From assembly GCA_963749915.1 (NCBI GenBank), contig CAVVOP010000021.1, forward strand, positions 448,001-512,000: a stretch of DNA of 64,000 bases. Reading direction: 5' to 3'. Source of the DNA: an uncultured cyanobacterium (GTDB taxonomy: Bacteria; Cyanobacteriota; Cyanobacteriia; Cyanobacteriales; Cyanobacteriaceae). The notes beneath the pieces were generated by a model, which was not told the origin of the DNA, made no database searches, and was given only the letters and a program-made list of their open reading frames with translations. How positions within the stretch are numbered: position 1 is the first letter of the stretch; each line of letters opens with the position of its first letter. The position numbers were made by a program, and so were the translations under genes. Below are positions 31,990-40,960 of this stretch, in pieces.

Positions 31990-32095
31990 TTATTGGTTAA
32001 GCTAAGACGCACTTATTTCGCAATGCTTAACCCCTTACAGCAAGGAGATCATAGCTTAAAAAATGTTATCGATCTAAAAAAATAGGAGAAATATT

Positions 32096-32932
32096 ATGAT
32101 AAATAATTGCACAAAAATATTAGGGTTTTTAAGTATTAGTATTCTGTCATCATTCTTAATTGGTGGATGTGATCAATTGAGTAACATTAAACTAGAAAAT
32201 CCCAGTCTAGCTACCCCATCAACTCAATTAACTTTATCAGCAGCAGCAAGTTTAAAAGATGTTATAGAAGAAATTGAGTCTCTTTATCAGCAAAAACATC
32301 CTGAAACCGAAATAATTTACAATTTTGGCTCTTCTGGCTCGTTACAACAGCAAATTGAACAGGGTGCACCAGTAGATGTCTTTATTTCTGCTGCACCAAA
32401 GCAAATGAATGAGCTAGAAAAAAAAGGGTTATTACTAACAGAAACTCGCCGAGATTTATTGAAAAATCAGATGGTTTTAATTACTAGTACCAGTAATAAT
32501 AAAAGTAATTTGCAAGTCGATGATTTTAAGGATTTAACTAATAAAGAAATAACCACAGTTGCTTTAGGAGAACCAGAAAGCGTTCCTGCGGGAAAATATG
32601 CCCAAGAAGTGTTAAATTTTTTTAAAATCGCTGATCAAGTAAAACTTAAAGCCGTTTACGGTAAAGATGTCCGTCAAGTGCTTAATTACATTGCTACAGG
32701 TAATGCTGATGCAGGAATTGTCTATGGTACCGATGCCCAATTTTCCGAAAATGTGAAAATAGTGGCGACAGCACCAGAAAACGCTTATTCACCCGTAATT
32801 TATCCCATTGCTGTCGTTAAAAGTAGCGATCATCCCGAAGCCGCAACAGAATTAATAGAATTTTTTACCACCCCCGAAGCCCAAGCTGTATTTAAAGAGT
32901 ATGGCTTTGTCTCTGTGAACAGTAATCAGTAA
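32096..32932 (+). CDS. modA: Molybdate ABC transporter binding lipoprotein
   Basis: SAAASL, GSSGSL, VPAGKYA, GIVY; lipobox-like Cys. Confidence 0.95.
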   Translation: MINNCTKILGFLSISILSSFLIGGCDQLSNIKLENPSLATPSTQLTLSAAASLKDVIEEIESLYQQKHPETEIIYNFGSSGSLQQQIEQGAPVDVFISAAPKQMNELEKKGLLLTETRRDLLKNQMVLITSTSNNKSNLQVDDFKDLTNKEITTVALGEPESVPAGKYAQEVLNFFKIADQVKLKAVYGKDVRQVLNYIATGNADAGIVYGTDAQFSENVKIVATAPENAYSPVIYPIAVVKSSDHPEAATELIEFFTTPEAQAVFKEYGFVSVNSNQ

Positions 32933-33067
32933 GCAGGAGGGAGATAGAAGGTAGAGGCAATACTGTTCGCTTAAGGAAGTATGAATGTGGTCTGGGGCAG
33001 GAGGCGGGAGTTAGCTTGGGTCCGTACAGCAGTCAATAAATAATCAATAATCAATAACCAATAACCA

Positions 33068-33664
33068 ATGACAAAATTAACTATCAAACGAGATTGGAAA
33101 ACCTATTATAATGCAGTAGCCAATCGTCCACCCAGGAAAACTCTGTTAACAGCTTTAACTGCTTGTAAAAATCCTGGATTGGCCATGGATCTTGGTTGTG
33201 GAAATGGCAGGGATACCGTGGAAATATTAAGGCACAATTGGCAAGTATTGGCGATTGATCAAGAACCAGAGGCGATTAAGAGTTTATTAGCTCGTTTTAA
33301 TCTCGATATTCCGCAATTAACTACTCAAATCGCTCGTTTTGAAGAGTTACAATTGCCTCAAAACGTGGATTTAATTAATGCCAGCTTTTCTTTGCCCTTT
33401 TGCTCTAGGGAAGTTTTTCCTAGCTTGTGGAATCAAATCTTTAACTCTTTAGTTAGTGGTGGTAGATTTTCTGGACATTTATTTGGCGATCGCGATTCTT
33501 GGTGTAATAGTGAATTAATTAACTGTTTTACACGATCGCAAGTAGAAAACTTATTACAATTTTATGCAATCGAACTACTAGAAGAAGAAGAACATCAAGG
33601 GACAACGCCACTAGGAGAAGATAGATACTGGCACATTTTCCATATTGTGGCTCGTAAAAAATAG
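33068..33664 (+). CDS. Class I SAM-dependent methyltransferase (TehB-like)
   Basis: DLGCGNGRD motif I; WHIFHIVARK end. Confidence 0.8.
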   Translation: MTKLTIKRDWKTYYNAVANRPPRKTLLTALTACKNPGLAMDLGCGNGRDTVEILRHNWQVLAIDQEPEAIKSLLARFNLDIPQLTTQIARFEELQLPQNVDLINASFSLPFCSREVFPSLWNQIFNSLVSGGRFSGHLFGDRDSWCNSELINCFTRSQVENLLQFYAIELLEEEEHQGTTPLGEDRYWHIFHIVARKK

Positions 33665-33678
33665 CTTAGGAGCAAAGT

Positions 33679-33736
33679 CAATACTGCTCTAAAGTGTGCC
33701 GAAAACTTTACTGTGAGGGGAAAGTAATAAGTAATA
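33679..33736 (+). repeat. Dispersed ~45-55-bp repeat, copy 3
   Basis: CAATACTGCTC..GTGCCGAAAACTTTACTGTGAGGGGAAAGTAATAAGTAATA; reverse complement of the copies at 296-353 and 10778-10822. Confidence 0.85.
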
Positions 33737-33786
33737 ATTAATAAGTAAATTGACAAGATTAAAGTTTTTAATTCCCTCCACAAAAC

Positions 33787-35622
33787 ATGATTGATTTAGA
33801 TTTATCTCCCATTTGGATTTCCTTAAAAACTGCTACTACTGCCACGCTGATTACTTTTTTCCTTGGTACTATGGCAGCGTGGTGGATGTTGGGTTATCGA
33901 GGTAAATTGAAAGAAATAATTGAAGGCTTATTCACTGCTCCTTTGGTACTTCCCCCCACGGTAGTTGGTTTTTTATTATTGTTATTATTGGGAAAAAATG
34001 GGTTTATCGGTAAAATATTAGCTTCTTTTGGCGTTACCGTTATTTTCTCTTGGTATGCCACTGTTATCGCTTCTACAGTGGTGGCTTTTCCCTTAATGTA
34101 TAAAACTGCTTTAGGAGCATTCAAACAAATCGATGGGAATCTCATTGCTTGTGCTAGAACTTTGGGCGCTTCAGAAGGAAGGATTTTCTGGGAAATTATT
34201 CTCCCCTTAGCCAAACATGGTCTAATTGCTGGTACTTTACTCGCTTTTGCTCGTGCTTTGGGGGAATTTGGGGCAACTTTGATGTTAGCTGGTTCGATTC
34301 CAGGGAAAACTGAAACAATTCCCATCGCCATTTTCTTTGCTGCTGAAGGTGGGGCAATGGATCGAGCTTTGGTGCTAGTTATAATTATGCTAGTAATTTC
34401 TTTAGGAGTAATTACGGCAGTTAATTATTGGACGGAAAGTAATAAGTATCATCACTCAAAGCTCCGTCTTAGGAGAGAAAGAATTTTCGCTCTGTTTTCG
34501 AGGATGTCAGTAAAACGACAAAAACCTCTAGATTATCCCCTACCTCAAGCTGAGATTGAGTTAATTGTCGATATTCAAAAACAACTCCCCGGATTTTTAT
34601 TAAATGTTAGTTTTCACAACGATCAAACACCCTTAGGATTACTAGGAGCTTCTGGAGCGGGCAAAAGCCTGATTTTACGCTGTATTGCTGGATTATCTCA
34701 TCCAGATCGAGGACGTATTGTTTTAAACGGGAAGGTCTTGTTTGATTCAGAACAAGGCATCAACTTACCACCACGGGATCGCGCCTGTGGTTTTTTATTT
34801 CAAAATTACGCCCTGTTTCCCCATCTAACTATTGCCGAAAATATTGCCTTTGGTATGCCGTCAGGAAAATCTAAGGGAGAAATTAAACAAGAAGTAGAGC
34901 GGCAATTAATCGCGGTGGACTTATCAGGTATCGGGGCTCGCTATCCTCAGGAGCTTTCGGGAGGACAGCAACAGAGGGTTGCTTTAGCTAGAGCTAAAGC
35001 AAGCAAACCAAATATCATGCTTTTAGATGAACCTTTTTCAGCTTTAGATACTTATTTACGTGATAAGCAGGAAAAAATTCTCAGAAATAACCTAATTCGC
35101 TATCAGGGAGTCACTTTATTTATTACCCACAACCTAGAAGAAGCCTATCGAGTATGTCCTAAACTCTTGGTGGTAGATCAAGGACAAATAATCGCTCATG
35201 GTAGGAAACAAGATATTTTTGAGCATCCTCGTAATTTAAGAACCGCACAATTAACTGGGTGTAAAAACTTTTCCCGGGTTCTGGTAATGGGCAGACAGCA
35301 AATTAAAGCAATTGAATGGGGTTGTATCTTAAAAGTAATAGAACCACTGCCAGAATCCCTCAAATATGTGGGTATTCGTGCCCATCAGCTAATTTTTCCC
35401 AACATAGATGATCAGGTAAATACTTTCCCTTGTTGGTTAGCGACAATTAGTGAAACCCCACACCGCATGACTTTGTATCTCAAGTTAAACCAATCAGCTA
35501 ATCATCCTGAAGATTATCATCTACAAGCGGAAGTCTTTAAAAATAAATGGATGGAGTTAAAAGATCGTCCCTTTCCCTGGAAAATTCAACTCAATCCATT
35601 ACGACTTATATTAGTAAACTGA
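33787..35622 (+). CDS. modB: Fused molybdate ABC permease and ATPase (ModBC)
   Basis: PLVLPPTVVG and ARALGEFGAT, then GASGAGKS, LSGGQQQR, LLDEPF. Confidence 0.93.
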   Translation: MIDLDLSPIWISLKTATTATLITFFLGTMAAWWMLGYRGKLKEIIEGLFTAPLVLPPTVVGFLLLLLLGKNGFIGKILASFGVTVIFSWYATVIASTVVAFPLMYKTALGAFKQIDGNLIACARTLGASEGRIFWEIILPLAKHGLIAGTLLAFARALGEFGATLMLAGSIPGKTETIPIAIFFAAEGGAMDRALVLVIIMLVISLGVITAVNYWTESNKYHHSKLRLRRERIFALFSRMSVKRQKPLDYPLPQAEIELIVDIQKQLPGFLLNVSFHNDQTPLGLLGASGAGKSLILRCIAGLSHPDRGRIVLNGKVLFDSEQGINLPPRDRACGFLFQNYALFPHLTIAENIAFGMPSGKSKGEIKQEVERQLIAVDLSGIGARYPQELSGGQQQRVALARAKASKPNIMLLDEPFSALDTYLRDKQEKILRNNLIRYQGVTLFITHNLEEAYRVCPKLLVVDQGQIIAHGRKQDIFEHPRNLRTAQLTGCKNFSRVLVMGRQQIKAIEWGCILKVIEPLPESLKYVGIRAHQLIFPNIDDQVNTFPCWLATISETPHRMTLYLKLNQSANHPEDYHLQAEVFKNKWMELKDRPFPWKIQLNPLRLILVN

Positions 35623-35760
35623 AGTACTTCACTCCATAGACTAGGGCTGTTACAAATTATTCCGGCACAGTGCCCGAATTGAAAGGTTACCAATGAACAA
35701 TCTACCTTAGTAATCTTCACTATGCTAATTAATAAATTGTCCTTTCTATCTTGAGATATT

Positions 35761-38427
35761 ATGCCAGTTACTAACCTTCAAGAACTTGAAGAACTCATCC
35801 AACGAGTCAAAACGGCCCAAGAAAAATATGCAACCTTTAGTCAAGAACAGGTTGATTTAATATTTAAAAAAGCAGCCTTAGCTGCCAACGCAGCCCGAAT
35901 TCCTCTCGCCAAATTAGCGTCCCAAGAGACACAAATGGGTGTAATCGAAGATAAAGTGATTAAAAACCATTTTGCTTCCGAAATTATTTATAATAAGTAC
36001 AAACAGGAAAAAACCTGTGGCATTATCGAAGAAGATAGATCTTTTGGACTGCAAAAAATTGCTGAACCCGTTGGTATTCTCGCCGGGATTGTTCCTACGA
36101 CTAACCCCACTTCTACGGCTATTTTTAAAGCCTTAATCACCCTAAAAACCCGTAACGGGATTATCTTTTCTCCCCATCCAAGGGCAAAAAACTGTACCAT
36201 TGAAGCAGCAAAGGTGGTTTTGGACGCAGCAGAAGCGGCGGGGGCACCAGAGGGGCTAATTGGTTGGATTGACCAACCTTCTGTTGAATTATCACAAGCT
36301 TTGATGCAGCATCGCCATATTAATCTTATTCTGGCTACAGGGGGGCCTGGTATGGTGAGGGCTGCCTATTCATCAGGTCGTCCTTCCTTAGGAGTGGGCG
36401 CAGGTAATACTCCCGCCTTGATTGACGACACGGCTCATATTAAAATGGCTGTTTCTTCAATTATTCTCAGTAAAACCTTTGATAATGGCATGATTTGTGC
36501 GAGTGAACAATCAGTCATTGTGGAAGATTCGGTGTATGAAGAAGTCAAACAGGAATTTCAGGAACGGGGTGCTTATTTCCTTAATCAGGAGGAGAAAGAC
36601 AAAGTTGCTGATATAATGCTGAAGGATGGTCATATTAATCCCCATGTAGTGGGTCAATCGGTGCAAAAATTAGCTGCATTAGCGGAAATTACTATTCCCA
36701 AAGATACTCGTGTTCTCATTGGGGAAGTAGAAAATATTGGCCTCGATGAACCCTTTTCCTATGAAAAACTTTCCCCTATCTTAGCCATGTATCGGGCGCA
36801 AAATTTCCAGGATGGGGTAGAAAAGGCTGAAAAATTGGTCGCCTTTGCTGGAAGGGGACATACGGCGGTTCTTTATACTTCTCCCGACAACCGTGACCAC
36901 ATCAAACGCTATGAAGATCAGGTGGAAACAGCAAGAGTGCTGATTAATACACCGTCATCTCAAGGAGCGATCGGAGATTTGTACAATTTTCGCTTAGATC
37001 CTTCTTTAACCCTTGGTTGTGGCACATGGGGCGGAAATTCCATCAGTGAAAATGTTGAACCTGCCCATCTACTGAATATTAAAACCGTGGCAGAAAGACG
37101 GGAAAATATGCTGTGGTTTCGAGTTCCTCCCAAAGTCTATTTCAAATATGGTGCATTATCCGTTGCTGTTCGCGAATTAGCTGGAAAAAAACGGGCATTT
37201 ATAGTCACCGATAAACCCTTATTTGACTTGGGAATGACTGCCATCTTAGAAGATGTTTTAGAGGAAGTGGGATTAAAATATGACATTTTCTATGATGTTG
37301 AGCCGGATCCTTCCTTAGAAACGGTTCAGCGTGGTTTAGCCCTAATGAAAACCTTTAATCCTGACGTTATTATCGCCTTAGGCGGGGGTTCTCCCATGGA
37401 TGCAGCCAAAATTATGTGGTTGCTGTATGAACATCCCGAAATCGAATTTGAAGGTTTAGCCATGCGCTTTATGGACATTCGCAAGCGCGTTTATGAGTTA
37501 CCCCCATTAGGAGAAAAAGCCATCATGGTATCGATTCCTACCACCTCTGGGACAGGTTCTGAGGTCACTCCTTTTGCTGTTGTTACAGACCGACGGAATA
37601 ATATTAAATATCCTTTGGCGGATTATGCCTTAACCCCGACAATGGCCATTGTTGATCCTGAATTAACCCTGAATATGCCGAAAAAACTAACGGCTTACGG
37701 AGGAGTTGACGCTTTAACTCATGCTTTAGAGGCTTATGTCTCGGTTTTAGCCTCAGAATATACCAACGGGATGGCCTTGGAAGCGATTCGACTGCTGTTT
37801 AAATATCTACCCAGTGCTTACGAAAATGGGGCAAAAGACCCGAAAGCACGGGAAAAGGTCCACTATGCAGCGACAATGGCAGGAATGGCTTTTGCTAATG
37901 GGTTTTTAGGCATCTGTCATTCTCTGGCGCACCAATTGGGCGGAATTTTTCATATTCCTCACGGGTTAGCCAATGCTTTGATGATTCCCTACGTTATTCT
38001 CTACAATGCCACTGATTCACCCTTCAAACAAGCCACCTTTTCCCAGTACAAATATCCCAATACGACTTGGCGTTATGCTCGTATTGCCAATTATTTAGGG
38101 TTACCGGGAGAAAGTGACTTAGAAAAGGTGGAAAATCTGGTCTTAGCCATTGAGCAGTTAAAACGTCGCTTGGATATTCCCTCTGCCATTAAGGATGTTA
38201 TCCCTGAAAGTGAAGCGGAATTCTATGCTAAGGTTGATAGTTTAGCAGACCAAGCCTTTGATGATCAATGTACAGGTGCAAATCCTCGTTATCCTTTAAT
38301 TAGTGATTTGAAGGAATTACTGATTCAAGCTTATCAGGGTGATTTACCCTTTAAAATTGTCCAGAATCGCAATGGCAGTAGCAAAAAGGTAGAGGTGCTT
38401 GGAGATCCTCAACCATTACGATCTTAA
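35761..38427 (+). CDS. adhE: Bifunctional acetaldehyde-CoA/alcohol dehydrogenase
   Basis: TTNPTST, FDNGMICASEQ, TLGCGTWGGNS, GGGSPMD, GTGSEVT, HSLAHQLG. Confidence 0.97.
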   Translation: MPVTNLQELEELIQRVKTAQEKYATFSQEQVDLIFKKAALAANAARIPLAKLASQETQMGVIEDKVIKNHFASEIIYNKYKQEKTCGIIEEDRSFGLQKIAEPVGILAGIVPTTNPTSTAIFKALITLKTRNGIIFSPHPRAKNCTIEAAKVVLDAAEAAGAPEGLIGWIDQPSVELSQALMQHRHINLILATGGPGMVRAAYSSGRPSLGVGAGNTPALIDDTAHIKMAVSSIILSKTFDNGMICASEQSVIVEDSVYEEVKQEFQERGAYFLNQEEKDKVADIMLKDGHINPHVVGQSVQKLAALAEITIPKDTRVLIGEVENIGLDEPFSYEKLSPILAMYRAQNFQDGVEKAEKLVAFAGRGHTAVLYTSPDNRDHIKRYEDQVETARVLINTPSSQGAIGDLYNFRLDPSLTLGCGTWGGNSISENVEPAHLLNIKTVAERRENMLWFRVPPKVYFKYGALSVAVRELAGKKRAFIVTDKPLFDLGMTAILEDVLEEVGLKYDIFYDVEPDPSLETVQRGLALMKTFNPDVIIALGGGSPMDAAKIMWLLYEHPEIEFEGLAMRFMDIRKRVYELPPLGEKAIMVSIPTTSGTGSEVTPFAVVTDRRNNIKYPLADYALTPTMAIVDPELTLNMPKKLTAYGGVDALTHALEAYVSVLASEYTNGMALEAIRLLFKYLPSAYENGAKDPKAREKVHYAATMAGMAFANGFLGICHSLAHQLGGIFHIPHGLANALMIPYVILYNATDSPFKQATFSQYKYPNTTWRYARIANYLGLPGESDLEKVENLVLAIEQLKRRLDIPSAIKDVIPESEAEFYAKVDSLADQAFDDQCTGANPRYPLISDLKELLIQAYQGDLPFKIVQNRNGSSKKVEVLGDPQPLRS

Positions 38428-38452
38428 ATTGTAGTTTAAACAGATCTTCTCC

Positions 38453-38486
38453 ATCCCTCTTGTTCCCACTGAATCAGAGGGATTTT
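38453..38486. terminator. Stem-loop between convergent genes
   Basis: ATCCCTCT...AGAGGGAT followed by a T run. Confidence 0.5.
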
Positions 38487-38523
38487 AGCTACTAGATAGA
38501 GATCGCCTGAAATAAACTAAACT

Positions 38524-39168
38524 TTAAAATCCGGCAAAACCACTTGCTGCCAAGTAAACCTCATTCCAAGAAGGTGGTCTATAATCTTGATTCAAAACCT
38601 GATCGACATATCTCACCACGGGGGGCAATTGTTCCCCTCTAATTTCTCGTTTCAGAAACATTCTTAATTTGGTTTCCCAGTCTTGAGGATAGTTTCTGAT
38701 GATGGGATGTTTGATAACCAGCGATTGATATTCCCCTTGATCTGGATCAACAATTACATCCAAACTAAGAAGGCCCAAAGAGCGAACAAAAATCCCAGTA
38801 GCGGCAATGACAAAATTGGCGTTAATTCGTCTTTGTTTCAGGACAACTACAAAATGTCCTCCTTCGGCAATATGATAAACTAATGCGTTAGGGTCTTTGA
38901 CTGGTTGAACTTCAACATTGTAGCCTTTTGTCAGTCCTTCTTCTAAGGTAAGATCTTCATATTCTTGTTCGGGATGGGGGAGATAGATCGTAAATTGATG
39001 TAAATCGAGCCAAGGATTGTGTCCCGTTTCGTTAGTCGAGTGCTTGCCAGAATTGTATTGTTGGCGCCGTATCTGTTGACCAACATAACTCTCGCCATCG
39101 CAGATATTAATCAGAGCCATGTTAAGAACGCATTGCTCGAACCGACTAAATGTTCCTAAAACTTGCAT
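38524..39168 (-). CDS. Hypothetical protein
   Basis: 214-aa ORF with AGGAGG RBS. Confidence 0.75.
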   Translation of the reverse strand: MQVLGTFSRFEQCVLNMALINICDGESYVGQQIRRQQYNSGKHSTNETGHNPWLDLHQFTIYLPHPEQEYEDLTLEEGLTKGYNVEVQPVKDPNALVYHIAEGGHFVVVLKQRRINANFVIAATGIFVRSLGLLSLDVIVDPDQGEYQSLVIKHPIIRNYPQDWETKLRMFLKREIRGEQLPPVVRYVDQVLNQDYRPPSWNEVYLAASGFAGF

Positions 39169-39261
39169 AATTTCCTCCTTGATCTTTTGTTATTTGTTGT
39201 TCAGGAAAAATTAATAACTAAGAATCAATAACTAAATAACTAATAACCAATGACCATTTAT

Positions 39262-39636
39262 TTAATCTTCATCCAAAGCAGGAAACGCCTCTTCAATCTC
39301 CCATAAAACACTTTGGTTGGCAATAAACCAACTGCGAGTTTCTGGAGTTAATTGAGCCCAAACTAAGTCAAGGTCAATATGAGGAGATTCGTAACGATAT
39401 TTTTTCCCAAGAGAGCGCAAATTTTCAGTAACGCCGAGAGGAATCCCAAAATCTAACCAATTTACTTCAACTACTTTGCCAAATATCCCACCAGTAGGAT
39501 CGTAAATTAATTGGGCTACTCGAATTAAATCGGCAAAATGGGTAGGTCTTAGTCCTGTTATTTGCTGAATTTCTTGAACACGCTGTTTATTTTGTTTTAT
39601 GTTCATAATTTGTTCTTTTTTATTCTCGGAAATCAC
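39262..39636 (-). CDS. Hypothetical protein
   Basis: Co-oriented ORF; start may be the ATG at 39606. Confidence 0.7.
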   Translation of the reverse strand: MISENKKEQIMNIKQNKQRVQEIQQITGLRPTHFADLIRVAQLIYDPTGGIFGKVVEVNWLDFGIPLGVTENLRSLGKKYRYESPHIDLDLVWAQLTPETRSWFIANQSVLWEIEEAFPALDED

Positions 39637-39659
39637 CTTACTAAACTAATCACCAAGGA

Positions 39660-40391
39660 CTAACCAACAGCTGTATAGTTTTTCAGCCGTTTATCGGCTG
39701 CAATCCCTAAAATCTTAGCTAACCAGGGAGGTGGAGAAGTTGCCAGTGCTTTTTGTAAGTCGGCTAATATTTCTCTGGCCGAACCGCCTTGTTCTATTTT
39801 CATGGGATAGATATTAGCTTGGATGACTGTAGCGGCAGCAGGCCCACCAATGGAAACAACGTAGAGAATAGCACAATCTCTAATTAAATTAACTCGGAAT
39901 CTATTTTTTTCTTCGGCTAGATCTGCTTCTACTGCCGAGCGAACATCGATCAATTTGAGTTGGTCTGCGGATAGTTGATAAATTAAATAACGATGACAAG
40001 AACCAAAATGTCCGTCTAATTGCTCTGCATTATTGGAAGCTACAGCAATTCTAATGGAGTTAGGCAGATCTCCTTCTTGATATGACTCAATCGGTAAAGA
40101 TTCTTTATAATAGTCCTGTTCACCCCATAAGATTTGTACCGCTTCTTTGAAAGCTTTTATGTCACTATTATCCGCATCTTCGCCTTCCCATTCGTTATCA
40201 ACTTCGTAAATATTACCAAAAGATTTTTTTAATTGAGTGACTGTAATTTTACTAAGGGATTCTTGGGTAATCTCATCGTCTAGATGGATTTGCAAAGCCT
40301 CGATTAAATCCTTGATAGATACATCGGGTAATACCTTAGCCGCTAAAGCAATTCTGAGGGCGACTTCGTTGGAAATAGGTTGAGTAGTCAT
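39660..40391 (-). CDS. NafY/NifY-like FeMo-co carrier (N-terminal domain plus NifX fold)
   Basis: ALRIALAA N-terminus; LDGHFGSC, SIGGPAAA, SPPPWLAK. Confidence 0.85.
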   Translation of the reverse strand: MTTQPISNEVALRIALAAKVLPDVSIKDLIEALQIHLDDEITQESLSKITVTQLKKSFGNIYEVDNEWEGEDADNSDIKAFKEAVQILWGEQDYYKESLPIESYQEGDLPNSIRIAVASNNAEQLDGHFGSCHRYLIYQLSADQLKLIDVRSAVEADLAEEKNRFRVNLIRDCAILYVVSIGGPAAATVIQANIYPMKIEQGGSAREILADLQKALATSPPPWLAKILGIAADKRLKNYTAVG

Positions 40392-40960
40392 TTCTTTACT
40401 CCTAAATTTAATTGATTGATTGAAAGGAGAATGCAGAATTTAGATTTTAGATTTTAGAATTTCAGAATTAGACATTTTCTGCATTCATTAGGGCTTAGGC
40501 AATTCAGTATAACTAAAGTAACAGTCAGCTCGATGCCCCGTCACTAAGCCTACGGGGTTCCTAACTTAATTCTCCCGATTCGACCGATTAATTTTCATAC
40601 TGTTGCTCTAGCTTAAGAAATTTATAGCAGTTAATTGTTTTTAGAACAAAACTGGGGACTCAGATTAGATTAATTAAGGTTGTACTTACAGGGTTGAAAT
40701 CTAGCCATAATAAGTTAAATTAAATTTTCTTAGGATAAGGCACGAGTATTTTTGATTAGAAGTACAGGTATTTTTAGTGGGGTTATTGAAGAAATTTATT
40801 TAAGCTCAAAGTTAATCAAGACAAGAAGATGAAGTAATTATCTGGTTGAATTGTAGAGTGATCCCTTTGTACTCGAACTCAAATTACTGCAAAAAGTCCA
40901 CCCAGTGTTACAACAAGATATAGAAGTTATCAGTTGTTAATTGTTAATTGTTAAGTCTTT

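Noticed and set aside
33679..33736. Moco riboswitch upstream of modBC
   Set aside because: Too short, no recognisable Moco RNA consensus, and the same sequence occurs away from mod genes
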